A DNA stretch of 64,000 nt from Dictyostelium discoideum. Taxonomy: Eukaryota. The position numbers and the translations under genes were made by a program. The stretch is from the NCBI GenBank assembly GCA_000004695.1, contig CM000151.3, positions 5,728,001 through 5,792,000 of the forward strand. The letters run 5' to 3'. Shown here piece after piece: positions 1 to 11,332 of this stretch (position 1 is the first letter of the stretch; each line of letters begins with the position of its first letter). Below the pieces are notes generated by a model. It saw only the letters and a program-made list of their open reading frames with translations, made no database searches and had not been told where the DNA came from.

Positions 1-2098
1 GTAAAGAGATCAAATTTGAATTGTTTAGATTTATCCTCCAATTGATCCAATTCCTTACCTTGTTGAAGGATTCTCTCTTCCAATGAATCATATCTTTTTC
101 TTAGATCAGAGATTTCAATCACTTTAGGACGTAATTGCAACATTTCTCTATAGGCTCTTGAAAGTTGACGATTTCTGCCAGGTTTTTGAAATTCAATGAT
201 TACACTATCGTCACCACTACTACTTCTAATATCATCATCACCAGCACCACCAGCACCACCACCATCGTCATCATAATCATCATCATTATTCAATGAATTT
301 AATACAGAATTTACATTTTTACTTAACGATGATGAATTATTTTGATGATTTCTATGATGAGATTTCTTATTTTTACCAAATCCAAATAAATGATTCTTTT
401 TTAATGGAAATGATGGCATTTGAATATTTGGTTTACTTATACCATCATTAAATAAACCTTTAATATTAGTTTGAATCTTTTTTAATCTACTACTACCATC
501 AAATGATGGTAAAATATTAAATGGTTGTTTTCCTGATGATGATGATGTTGGTGTAGTTGGATTATTATTATTATTATTATTGGTAGTATCATTACTATAT
601 GTATTTGGTGTAGATTCTAAATTATTTTGTAAATTTCTATTTTGACTATGTGATAAAGTTAATGATAATCTATTTGGATTTAACTTTCTACGTAATAAAC
701 TTTGTCTTTTACTCTTTGCACTATCTGAATCTTTTAATACTGATTCTAAATTTGATGATGATACATGTTGATATTGTCCATTATTATTATTATTATTATT
801 ATTGTTATTGTTATTATTTTCAGATTCAGGTGGTGTATTTGTTGAATAACTTCTTTTATGATCACGATGAAATTTAAATATATGATGTTGTATTGGCGCG
901 TCATAATCTGTTGAACTTGATGATGATAATATTGATTTTTTTGGGTATGAAGATGATGGAATTGGTGGTGGAGGAGGTGGAGGTGGTGGTGTAGGTGGTG
1001 CACCTCCATTACCACTACTACTATTACTACTACCACTACTGAATAAACTATGAAATGGTTTATTTTTTAATGTTTGCTTTAAATTAATTTCCAATATTGA
1101 TTTCTTTTGACTAATCTTTCTTTTATGCATTAATGGATTATATCTTGAATTCTTTTCACATTCAAATAAATAACTATAAAAATCTTCCATCTTTCTTTTA
1201 CATATTGCTGATTTTTGTAAAGTTTCTTCTGAAAACTCTTCAAAATTATGATTATTATTATTATTATTATTAATATTACTACTATTGGTATTATTAATAG
1301 TTGTGGAATTATTAGATAAATTACCATATGGTTGATGATGATAAGTTGCAGATAAATCAATGATTGGTTGTGGTATTGGTTGTTGGTGTGGTTGTTGTAA
1401 AAATGTTGATATTGATGGTGAATGACTTAAAAATGTTTTTGGCGATGATGAAGCACTATTACAAAGTTCACTCGATTGTTGTGGCGATGATGATTGCATA
1501 TATGCTTGATTATGATGTAATTGACGATACTGATTAATATTTGGTGATAAATGAAAATTATCAATTGATGGTGAACCTGCAACTGATGAAGATGGTGTTG
1601 ATACTATAAATGGCGATGTTATTGTTTGCTGTTGCTGTTGTTGTTGTTGTTGTTGATTTAAATTTGGTGATTTTAATAAAACTTGTTTCTTATTAATTTC
1701 AGATGTTTGTAGTTGCTGCTGTTGTTGTTGCTGTTGTTGTAGAGTTGGTAGTGGTGGAGTTGGTGGTGGTGAATGCGATGATGGTGGATCAATTGATAGA
1801 CTTGGTAATTCAATAACTGTATTATTCGTTGCACTTGATAATGTTGCATCTGATTCATCAGTATCATCAAAATCTTGACCACCAAATGTTGGATTCGATG
1901 GCAAACTTGATGAACCACTAAAAACATTTGTCCTTGAATTACCACGATGTTGTCCCAATGGGAATAATCCACCACCTATAGTAGTATTAGTTGTAGTAGT
2001 AGTAGTAGTTGTAGTATTATTATTATTATTACTATTCACATTATTACTGCTAGATTTAAGTGGAGAAGTAGGTGTAGATTTACTACTACTATTATTAC

Positions 2099-2153
<55 letters not shown>

Positions 2154-3156
2154 TATATTAATTGCTGGAGTAATTAAGTTATTATTATTATTATTTTGTT
2201 TTTGTTGTGATTGAGGTAATGATGATTGTAATGGTGGTGATTGTAATGGTGGTGATTGTATGGGTGGTGATTGTATGGGTGATTGTAGAGTAGATGATGA
2301 ATCTGATGAATTTGGTGATCCAATATTACTACTACTATTATTACTATTATTATTATTATTATTTACAGAATGATTATCTTTATGAGAAACATGTAATTTC
2401 TTCATTACAAAATTTGATAAATCAGATGCTATAGAAGTTCTTTTTGATTTTTCTTTTTCTCTTAATGAACTATTAGTTGAGGATGGGTTGGAAGTATTAT
2501 GACTATTATTATTATGATGATGATCAATATCAAAACTTGTGTTATAATAATCAACAGATCTAGTTGAATAAGTTGAAGTATCAGTTTGAATTGAAGTATC
2601 ATCATCTTCGGTATGTGTTAAATCAGTGCTTGTATTATTTGAAGCTGTTGATGTTGATGATTTACCATTTTTCTTTTGTTGTTTTTTTAATTGTTTTTTT
2701 AATTCCTTCTCTTCTTTTTCTCTTTGTTTTTGTTTTTCTTTTTCCTCTTTTTCAAATTCTTTTTGTCTTTGTTTCTCCAATTCTTTTAATTTATATTTTA
2801 GTTCTTTCTCTTCATCATCTTTTAATTTCTTTTCTTTATCTTTATCTTTTTTATCTTTATCTTTATCTTTTTTATCATTATCTTTAACTTTATCTTCTTT
2901 ATGAAATATTGATGTTATTGAAACACTTTATAATAAAATAAAATAAAATAAAATAAAGGTGTGTAAGTTAAAATTAACATAAATATTATTTATTTATTAT
3001 TTATTATTTATTATTTATTATTTATTCATTATACCTTTTTCTTTTTTCACTTGTACTTGGTGAGGTTGATAATGGTACATCATGGTTTGGATTTACAGTT
3101 AGAGATGGTTTTGTTGCTGCTATTGATTCGCTAGTTTGTCTCTTTGTATTATCCAT
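1..3156 (-). CDS. Partial gene whose 3' end runs off the window start. It encodes a large Ser/Asn/Gln-rich low-complexity protein with a Lys/Glu/Asp-rich charged block and a C-terminal coiled coil. Exon 1 is 3035..3156 (ATG at 3156) and exon 2 is 1..2925.
   Basis: The minus-strand ATG at 3156 opens MDNTKRQTSESIAATKPSLTVNPNHDVPLSTSPSTSEKRK. A GTATAA donor sits at 3034 and an ...ATTATAAAG acceptor at 2926. The frame then reads on without stops (SVSITSIFHKEDKVKDNDKKDKDK...KKNGKSSTSTASNNTSTDL...) and is still open at position 1 (...IIEFQKPGRNRQLSRAYREMLQLRPKVIEISDLRKRYDSLEERILQQGKELDQLEDKSKQFKFDLF). The ORF track does not list it because there is no in-window stop. The middle part (about 230-2340) was not verified codon by codon. 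Confidence 0.55.
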
Positions 3157-3195
3157 TTAAAACTTTTAATTGACAATAATAATAATAATTGAATA

Positions 3196-3256
<61 letters not shown>

Positions 3257-3968
3257 GAGTAGTATTATTATTATTATTATTTACAGTAGATATAAAAATG
3301 AGTTTTTAAAAAAAAAAAAAAAAAAAAAAAAGTAATATACAAAATTTTTGTGGGAAATAATAAATAATTAAAAAAAAAAATTTTAGAAAAAAAAAAAAAT
3401 AAGAAACAGTTTTACTTAAAAAAGTTTACAATTTTCATAATACCACACAATGAAAAAATAATTGATTCAATTATTACTAAATATTAGGAACCAGTTTTTA
3501 AAAAAAAAAAAAAAATAAAAAAAAAAAAAAAAGAAAAAAAAAATAAAAAAAAAAATTAATGAAAAAAAAAAAAAAAAGAAACAGGGCTTGGTCAGTCAGA
3601 AAATTAAATATTTTTTTTTTTTTAATTTTAATTTTTTTTTTTTATTATTAAAAATAACACCTTTTTTTATTTTTTTTTTTATTTTTTATTTTTTTTTTAT
3701 TTTTTTTTTTTTAGTGTTAAATCTTTTAAAGTGAGATAAAATTTATGAAGACTTTTAAAAAAAATAAAAAAATACCACCCAAAATAGAATTTGATTATTT
3801 GTAATCTAAAATAATTTTTTTTTTTAATTTTTATTTTTGCGATTTTTTTTTTTTTTTTTTTTGTCCAAAAAATTTTTCGTTCGTTTTTTTTATTTTTTTT
3901 TTTTTTTATTTTATTTTTTTTTTTCAGTCTCTCACTCACCTATTTTGTAACTAATCATATTAAAAAAA
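3157..3968. promoter_or_regulatory. Divergent (head-to-head) promoter region between the minus-strand gene starting at 3156 and the plus-strand gene starting at 3969. It is dominated by poly(A)/poly(T) runs.
   Basis: Two ATGs face away from each other about 810 bp apart. The sequence is an oligo(dA)/(dT) desert typical of dictyostelid promoters. No coding periodicity is present. Confidence 0.3.
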
Positions 3969-5150
3969 ATGGTCATCAAAACTACAACCACTACTAAATC
4001 TGCCCCAACAAAATCATCAACTAAAACAGCAGCAACCACTCCAGTTGTTGAAGGTGCAACCACTCCAGTTGCTAAAATAGTTGTAAAGAAAACTACTGCA
4101 ACATCTGCATCAGCACCAACACCAGCAACCAAAGCAACAACAACTAAAAAAACCACTACCACAACTAAAGCAACAACAACTAAAGCTAAAGAAGCAGAAC
4201 CAGTTGAAGTTTATGAAGAAATGAAAAAGATGACACCAATTGAACCACCACACTCAATTAAAATTAATTATTTTAAGAAATCAATTTGTGCAAAGATTAC
4301 ACTTCATAAAATTCCAGATAAATTTATTAATTTACATCCAACCTCAACTAAATTCCATATTGATACATTAAAATATACAAAGAGATTCCTTTTAGATATT
4401 CCATATCCTGAAAATGTCGTTGTTGATGATGAAAAAGCAACTTGTACATTTGAACATGATATTTTAACAGTTTTCATTCCAATTATTTCTGAATTAAAAG
4501 AAAAAACCAATAGTAATAATAATAATAAAAATAACAATAAAAAAGTAAATAATAAAAGAAAACAACAAGAAGTTGAAGAAGAAGAAGAAGAAGAAGAAGA
4601 AAAAGTAGAAGAAAAACCAAAAAAAGTTATTAAAAAACAAAAAGTTTCAAATAAAACTGAAGAACAAAAAGAAAAAGTTGAAGAAGAAGAAAAAGTTGAG
4701 GAAGAAGAACAATCAGAAACTACCACTACCACTCAAAAGAAAAAGAAATTCATTAGCAATGATTCAACAATTGATATTATGAAACAAATTTCTGAAGAAC
4801 AAGAGAAAAAAGCTAATCAAAAAATTACTCAAGAAAAGAAAAAGACTCAACAATTACAATCTAAAGAAGTTGAAAAACAAACAAAGAAAAAGAATGTTGT
4901 AGAGAAAAAGAAAACAATTTTAAAGAAATTAAAAGGTGAAGAAGAACAAGAACAAGAAAAAGAAGAAGAGAAACCAGTTGTAGCTAAAACTACAACCACA
5001 ACTAAAAAATCTGTTTCAAAGAAACCAAAAACTCAAGTTGAACAACCATCAGAAGAACAAACTACCCCAAGTAAAAAATCAGTTTCATTTGGTGAAAAAG
5101 TTAATGTAAAACATATTCCAAAAGTTGGAAAAGGTAATAAATTAAATTAA
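3969..5150 (+). CDS. Protein of 393 aa. Thr/Lys-rich and Glu/Lys-rich low-complexity regions flank a compact domain that resembles an HSP20-like CS/p23/PIH1-type beta-sandwich. The domain assignment is tentative.
   Basis: Single continuous ORF from the track. The central segment IEPPHSIKINYFKKSICAKITLHKIPDKFINLHPTSTKFHIDTLKYTKRFLLDIPYPENVVVDDEKATCTFEHDILTVFIPI has the alternating hydrophobic pattern and the ...LTVxIP ending of CS domains. The rest is TTTK/EEEE/KK repeats. Confidence 0.6.
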   Translation: MVIKTTTTTKSAPTKSSTKTAATTPVVEGATTPVAKIVVKKTTATSASAPTPATKATTTKKTTTTTKATTTKAKEAEPVEVYEEMKKMTPIEPPHSIKINYFKKSICAKITLHKIPDKFINLHPTSTKFHIDTLKYTKRFLLDIPYPENVVVDDEKATCTFEHDILTVFIPIISELKEKTNSNNNNKNNNKKVNNKRKQQEVEEEEEEEEEKVEEKPKKVIKKQKVSNKTEEQKEKVEEEEKVEEEEQSETTTTTQKKKKFISNDSTIDIMKQISEEQEKKANQKITQEKKKTQQLQSKEVEKQTKKKNVVEKKKTILKKLKGEEEQEQEKEEEKPVVAKTTTTTKKSVSKKPKTQVEQPSEEQTTPSKKSVSFGEKVNVKHIPKVGKGNKLN

Positions 5151-5171
5151 ACAACAAATTTAACAAACTAG

Positions 5172-5224
<53 letters not shown>

Positions 5225-5603
5225 AAATAAACAATTTTTTAATTAAATATAATATTGAATATTTTAAAATATATATTTTTTTATTTATTTAATTTAAAAA
5301 TAATTTGGTAGTAATTAAGTAAGTCTTACCAAAACTCACATTAAATCTGGAAATAAAAATGGGTGCTATCTTTGACTATTTTAACTAATACCAAAGTTAC
5401 CTCTTTTTTTTTTAAAATAAAAAATAAAATAATATACAAATGAATCACCATTAGGAACTTAACTAAAAAATAAATATATAAATAAATAAATAATAAAAAA
5501 AAAGTTGATACATTATTTTAAAATCAAATCCCAAAAAATTTTTTTTTTTTTTTTGAATGGAAAAAATAATAAAAAAAAAAATAAAAAAAAATAAATTATT
5601 CAG

Positions 5604-5644
5604 GTTTATCAGAAAAAAAACCTGAATAATTTATTTTTTTTTTT
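5604..5644. repeat. Perfect hairpin (inverted repeat) with a stem of about 15 bp: taaattattcaggtt ... aacctgaataattta.
   Basis: Read directly from the sequence: ataaattattcaggtttatcagaaaaaaaacctgaataatttatt. It lies about 50 bp upstream of the ATG at 5694. Confidence 0.7.
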
Positions 5645-5693
5645 TTTTTTCTCATCAAATTTTTCACTCTCACATCTTATACACACAGACAAA

Positions 5694-6524
5694 ATGAAAA
5701 TTTTATTATTACTATTTTTAATAGTTTTATTAAATGTTTCTTTCACAATGGCTTGGGAAGAAAGTGGTGAAACATATTATCCAGTATACCCACCAGGCAG
5801 TAAAAAATGTCATAATGATTGCAATTATCAACCATATCTTTGTTACAATGGTATTTGTTCATGTCCTTATGGATACAATCTTAATCCATACGATTGCAGT
5901 GATAAATGTTATTATGCAGGTAAGATAATCTTTAATAATAATAAATAATAATAAATAATAATAAATAATAAATAATAATACTAATAGTAATAATTTAATA
6001 CTACTACTACTACTTTAGGTTGTACAAAATCTATAGATTCAATTAGTGATACCACTCTTAAAGGTGGACCAATTACTTTATTAGGATGGTTTGATAATGA
6101 TTATTCATCAATTTTTATCACTGTTGATGGTGTTAATTGTCCAATTTATTCAAATTCTTCAACAAGTGTAACTTGTTTAGCACCAAAAATCGGTGGTTCA
6201 ATGAACCCACATTTATATATAGTAGAAACTACATTCACTGATAGCAATAATAACACAATGATGGAAATATTTAAAACAGTTAGTTATAATTCCACAAATT
6301 GTTTAAATCAATGCTCAGGTGTTGGTTCATGTGATGAGAATGGAAATTGCAATTGTTTATCTGGTTACTCTGGTGAAGATTGTAGTATTATTCCATCACC
6401 AGCTCATTCATCCTCATCATCATCACCAACTGATAAAGGTTATTTTACAATTCAAATCACTCCATTTACTTTAATTTTATTATTCATTTTCATTTTAATT
6501 ACTATAATTACTTCAAAAAAATAA
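5694..6524 (+). CDS. Secreted or membrane-anchored Cys-rich protein with an N-terminal signal peptide, an IPT/TIG-like module, an EGF-like module and a C-terminal hydrophobic tail (GPI or TM). Exons are 5694..5919 and 6019..6524.
   Basis: The signal peptide is MKILLLLFLIVLLNVSFTMA. Exon 1 ends ...DKCYYAG at a GTAAGA donor (5920). The intron ends ...TACTTTAG (6018). The joined frame gives ...AG|CTKSIDSISDTTLKGGPITLLGWFDNDYSSIFITVDGVNCPIYSNSSTSVTCLAPK..., which is IPT/TIG-like. The EGF-like stretch is CLNQCSGVGSCDENGNCNCLSGYSGEDC. The hydrophobic C-terminus is ITPFTLILLFIFILITIITSKK. Phase was checked as 226 nt plus 1. Confidence 0.7.
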
Positions 6525-7109
6525 AATAAAAAAAGTAGAATCAAACAAACAAACAAAAAAACAAACAAACAATCAAACACTTATGTAACATATTTAATAA
6601 TAATAAATAATAAATAATAAATAATAATATTAATAATAATAATAATAATAATATCTATTTATTATATTACAACAATTTATTTATTTTGTATTTTAATGAA
6701 TATAATTTAATTTATTAAAACAACCCTTTTTAAGTTTCATTTGATATTAATTGTGATTTATTAAATTGTAATTTTAATTGATTATATTTTGATAGTACCT
6801 ATTCTACAATTTGGATCAATATTTATAAAAAATTATTTGAATATCTCAATTTTTGAAATTTAAAATAAAAAAAAAAAAAAAAAAAAAAGGTGAGGATAAA
6901 ATATAAAAAATAATAAAAAGAATAAAAAAATAATAAAATAAATAATTGAATCAAAATCTCCATCATCACCATCATTAGGAACTTCACTAAATTAAACTGA
7001 TTTTAAAAAATAAGTATCTTAGTTTTAAAGTAAATAAAGTTTTAATTAATTAATTAATAAATTAATAAATTTTAAATTAATTACTTTTGTTAAAAAAATA
7101 AATAAATAA

Positions 7110-7144
<35 letters not shown>

Positions 7145-7204
7145 TTTGGTGATCGTCATCATAAAATCAAATCTCAATTTTTTTTTTTTTCTTCAAGTTT
7201 TTTT

Positions 7205-7346
7205 CCTGATAAAATTTCCTTTTTTTTTTTTTTTCTTTTCTCATCAATTTTTCACTCTCACATCTTATACACACACACACACAGACAAAATGAAAATTTT
7301 ATTATTACTATTTTTAACAGTTTTATTAAATGTTTCTTCAAGATAA
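7205..7346 (+). pseudogene. Duplicated copy of the promoter, 5'UTR and signal-peptide start of the 5694 gene. It is truncated after 17 codons (MKILLLLFLTVLLNVSSR*).
   Basis: Positions 7225-7340 are almost identical to 5645-5750 (ctcatcaa(a)tttttcactctcacatcttatacaca...gacaaaatgaaaattttattattactatttttaa[c/t]agttttattaaatgtttct). The copy has an expanded (CA)n and a stop after the signal peptide. No downstream exon is present. Confidence 0.6.
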
Positions 7347-7438
7347 TCTTATTCACCAATTTCTATCAATATTGTTGTTAATTGCCCAATTTATTTATTT
7401 ATTTATTTATTTATTTTATTTTAATGAATGCAATTTTA

Positions 7439-8097
7439 TTAAAACCACCTTTTTGACATTTTATCAATAGTTTTGGGAGATTTGTCAATATTCGCATCTA
7501 TTGAATCGAATTTTTTATCCATATTTTTCATTTGTTCAGTTTGAGAATGTAATGTATTTGAAAGATCTGTTGCTAAAGTTGTCATTGATGATATTTCTTG
7601 TCTAGCTGATTGAATCATTTTTGTGTTATTATCCATCATTTTATTAAGATTTAATATTTTTTCTCTTGTTTCATTTGTGGATGAGTTGAAATTTGTTGAT
7701 TGATTATTACTATTATTATTAAAAGTTTCATTTGATATTAATTGAGATTTATTAAATTGTAATTTTAATTGATCATATTTTGATAGTACAACTCTACAAT
7801 TTGGATCATTATTTATATTATTATTTATATTATTATTATTATATTCTAATTTCAATAATGATATATCATTTTCTACATTTTCAAATAATTTTTTAATTTT
7901 CTCTTTATTATTACAATTGTTTTTTAATTCATTTTCAATATTTGAAAGTGTTTCATTAATTTCTTCAATATAGGAATTTAGAATATAACTCTTTTAAAAA
8001 AAAATGAAAAATAAAAAATAAAAATAAAAATATTAGTATTAATATTATGGATTAAAATAATAATTAGAATAATAATAATAATAAAAAATTATACCAT
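7439..8097 (-). CDS. Asn-rich coiled-coil protein of about 184 aa whose C-terminal heptads resemble a Q-SNARE motif. No TM segment was found. Exons are 8095..8097 (ATG only) and 7439..7990.
   Basis: The track ORF 7439..7855 starts at a TTG. Its frame continues open upstream as SYILNSYIEEINETLSNIENELKNNCNNKEKIKKLFENVENDISLLKLEYNNNN... to an ...TTTTAAAAG acceptor (7991/7992). The nearest upstream in-phase start is ATG|GTATAAT at 8095-8097, a phase-0 donor. The C-terminus is ...IQSARQEISSMTTLATDLSNTLHSQTEQMKNMDKKFDSIDANIDKSPKTIDKMSKRWF. The one-codon first exon is an inference. Confidence 0.45.
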
Positions 8098-8112
8098 TAA
8101 TAAATTTGTTTG

Positions 8113-8150
<38 letters not shown>

Positions 8151-8588
8151 TATGGTAGTTAATTAATTATTTTAAAAAGATGGTTTTATAAAAGATATTG
8201 ATTGATCATTAATATATTATTTTGAATAGTTTGGTTTATAAATTAAATTAAAATTAAAATTAAAATAAAAAAAAAAAAAAAAAATTAATAAAACAGGTGT
8301 TCTGTAACACCCGCTGTAAAATTGAAAAAAATTCAGTGAAAAATAAAAAAAATAAAAAAAAATAAAATAAATTAAAAAAAATAAAATAAAATTGAAAAAA
8401 AAAAAAAATTTAAAAATTATTTTTTAAATATTTCGACTTATTACACAAACACACGCCTATAATTCATTATTTATTATTCCACCTTTTTTTTTTTTTTATT
8501 AATTAATAACCTATATAAAAATAACACACATATAACAATACACATATAATACACGTATAATACACTTTTTTTTTAAAAAAAAAAACAA

Positions 8589-8760
8589 ATGGAAATCGAT
8601 AACCAAAATATAAATAATATAAATAATAATAATATACACAATAATATAAATAATAATAATATAAATAAAAGGAATATAGAGAATAATATAAATAATATAA
8701 ATAATATAAATAATAATATATCAATGAAGAATAAAAATAATAATATCGACAATAAAAAAA

Positions 8761-8806
<46 letters not shown>

Positions 8807-9692
8807 TAGCATAAGTAATAATAATAATAATAATAATAAATCATTTGGATTATATTCATTAGAACAACCAGCACCATTACCTTTATGGTTATTAGTTATA
8901 GTATTTGGTGTTTCAATTTCAGTTATAGTATTTTTATTTTTAAATTTTCCAAGTTTATCTCCTCAACACAAACAATTAATTCGTTTACCTAAAAACTTTA
9001 AAGATGTTAAATTATTAAGTGATATTTTATCTCAGTATACTGATGATAATTATTTTATTGTAATTACTACTTTTGGTGTTATTTATACATTGTAAGTAAA
9101 AAAGAAAAAGAAAAAAAAGATTTTATTTTTTTAAATGTTATATTAATTTATTTATTTATTTATTTATTTTTTTTTATTATTTATTAATAGTTTACAAGCA
9201 TTTTCAATACCAGGATCAGTATTTTTAAGTTTTTTATCAGGTGGATTATTTGGATTAAAAGTTGGATTTCCATTAGTTTGCTTTGTAGCAACATTAGGTG
9301 CAACATTTTCCTATTTAATATCATATTATATTGGAAGAAATTTAGTAAGAAAGTTATTTCCAGATAAATTAAAGTTATTTTCAGATTCACTATCGCAAAA
9401 ACGTGATAATTTATTAAATTATATCGTTTTCTTGCGTATTACACCATTCTTACCAAATTGGTTCATAAATTTAGCATCTCCATTGTTGGATGTTCCAATT
9501 CATACATTTGCCATTGGCACCTTTATTGGAATTATGCCAGCCACCTTTTTGGCTGTAAAAGCTGGAATTCAAATCCAAAACATTCAAAATCCTTCCGATA
9601 TTTTCGATTTAAAATCAATTTTAACAATGGCAGCTTTAGCTTTATTATCTATTTTACCAACTTTAATTCAAAAAAAGTTAAAAGTTAATTAA
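8589..9692 (+). CDS. TVP38/TMEM41/TMEM64/DedA (VTT-domain) family multi-pass membrane protein with an N-terminal Asn-rich extension. Exons are 8589..9091 and 9191..9692.
   Basis: Exon 1 ends ...ITTFGVIYT + TT at a GTAAGT donor (9092). The acceptor is ...TTATTAATAG (9190). Joined, the protein reads ...IYTFLQAFSIPGSVFLSFLSGGLFGLKVGFPLVCFVATLGATFSYLISYYIGRNLVRKLFPDKL...NYIVFLRITPFLPNWFINLASPLLDVPIHTFAIGTFIGIMPATFLAVKAGIQ... This matches the DedA/Tvp38 core: a G-rich reentrant loop followed by LR(I/L)xPxxP. Phase was checked as 503 nt equals 167 codons plus 2. Confidence 0.8.
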
Positions 9693-9747
9693 TTATAATA
9701 AAAAATGTTTTTTTTTTATAAAAAAAAAAAAATAAATGTTTAAAAAA

Positions 9748-10227
9748 AAAAAAAACATAACAAAAACTTTATTATTATAATCTTATGTGATCCAAACACA
9801 TCGGATCTCATTTTTTTTTTTTTTTAATTTTTTTTTTTTTTTTTTTAATTTTTTTTTTTTTTAAAATCATAATTTAAAACTTAATTAAAAAAAAAAAAAA
9901 AAAAAAAAGGATAAATAATGTTTTTTATTTTTAATTTTTACATCAAATGAAAAAAAATAAAAAAAAAATAAAATAAAAAATTAAATCAATTAATAATCCA
10001 TACACAATAGAGGTTTAACTGAATAAAAAATAAATGATAATATGTAAAATAATAAAAAAAAAAAAAAAAAAAAATTAAAAAAACAATTTACAAACATTCG
10101 AGCCTGATCTCAGGCTATCTTTAGTTGGAAAAATAAAAAAAAAAAAAAAAAAAAAAAAGGAAAAACATGAGATCTAATTTTAGATCACATAGGATTATAA
10201 TAATAAAGTTTTTGTTATGTTTTTTTT
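9748..10227. repeat. Pair of inverted repeats of about 65 bp (left arm 9748-9812, right arm 10163-10227) flanking an A/T-rich spacer of about 350 bp. MITE-like or foldback structure.
   Basis: The left arm is acataacaaaaactttattattataatcttatgtgatccaaacacatcggatctcat. The reverse complement of the right arm is acataacaaaaactttattattataatcctatgtgatctaaaattagatctcatg. The spacer contains a perfect small hairpin, agcctga tc tcaggct (about 10108-10125). Confidence 0.6.
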
Positions 10228-10464
10228 TGCTTTTTTTTTTTTTTCTTTTTTATATTACTTTTTATATTTTATTTTTTTTTTTTTAATTTTTTATAATTTA
10301 ATTAAATCATAATCAACCCCACTAACACACTCTTCTCACAGACTTCTATATATAATTTTTTTTTTTTTTATTTTATTTTATTTTTTTTTTTTTATTTTTT
10401 TTTTCATTTATTAAAAAAAAAAAAAAAAATAAAATATAAAAAAAATAAAAAACAACACCCAAAG

Positions 10465-10510
<46 letters not shown>

Positions 10511-10633
10511 AATTATTTATATATATATATATTATTTAACACTTAATTATTTTAATTCGTATTTCTAATAATAAATAAAATCAAAAACACATAAAACTTT
10601 TTTTAAATTAATTTTAAATGTTTTAATTGCCAC

Positions 10634-10670
<37 letters not shown>

Positions 10671-11297
10671 TTTTCGAATAATTTAAACATCACCAATATA
10701 TTAACAATAATAGATAACAATAACATCAAATACCAATAATTATATAAATTCTTTTTTTCACTTTTTTTTTTTTTTTTATTTTTTATTTTTTTTTTTTTTA
10801 TTATTATTAAATTTATTTATTTATTTTTTTATATTTAAAACTCTATATGTATATTTAAAATTCTATTTATTTAAAATTCTATTTATTTAAAATTATTAAA
10901 ATTTTTTCTTTGTAAAATAATTCAACAAAAACACGCACACACACATAATTTTATATAAAAGTACTATTGTCACTTTTATAATAATATTTTATTGTTTAAC
11001 ATTATTTTTTTTCTTTTCTTTTATTACTACGGCATCATCAACAATATCATTACTTTTAACATAAACAACAATAACTACAACAAAAACAACCAACCCACCC
11101 ACCCACATATACAAGCTATAGTGTAAAAAATAAATATACTAATTTCAAAATTAGTATTTCTCCTTTTTTTTTTTTTTTTTATTTTATTTTATTTTTTTCT
11201 TCTTTCTTTTTATAGTGTAAATAATAAAAATTAATAAAAAATTGTACATATCAATATAAATATATATATAAATAAAAAAACAAAAATAAAAAAATTT

Positions 11298-11332
<35 letters not shown>

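Noticed and set aside
2564-2904. Plus-strand ORFs 2564-2887 and 2626-2904 (poly-F/L/S)
   Set aside because: They are antisense to the Lys/Glu/Asp-rich block (KDKDKK...EKQRQKEFEKEEKEKQ) of the minus-strand gene 1-3156.
3697-3939. K-rich 80-aa ORF in the 3157-3968 intergenic region
   Set aside because: It is a translation of poly(A)/poly(T) promoter DNA. It has no codon structure and lies between two divergent starts.
8095-8097. Alternative that the SNARE-like gene simply starts at the track's TTG (7855)
   Set aside because: TTG initiation is unlikely in a nuclear eukaryotic gene. The frame is open 45 codons further upstream to a clean acceptor, so a spliced upstream ATG is the more plausible start. 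It is kept as an inference with reduced confidence.
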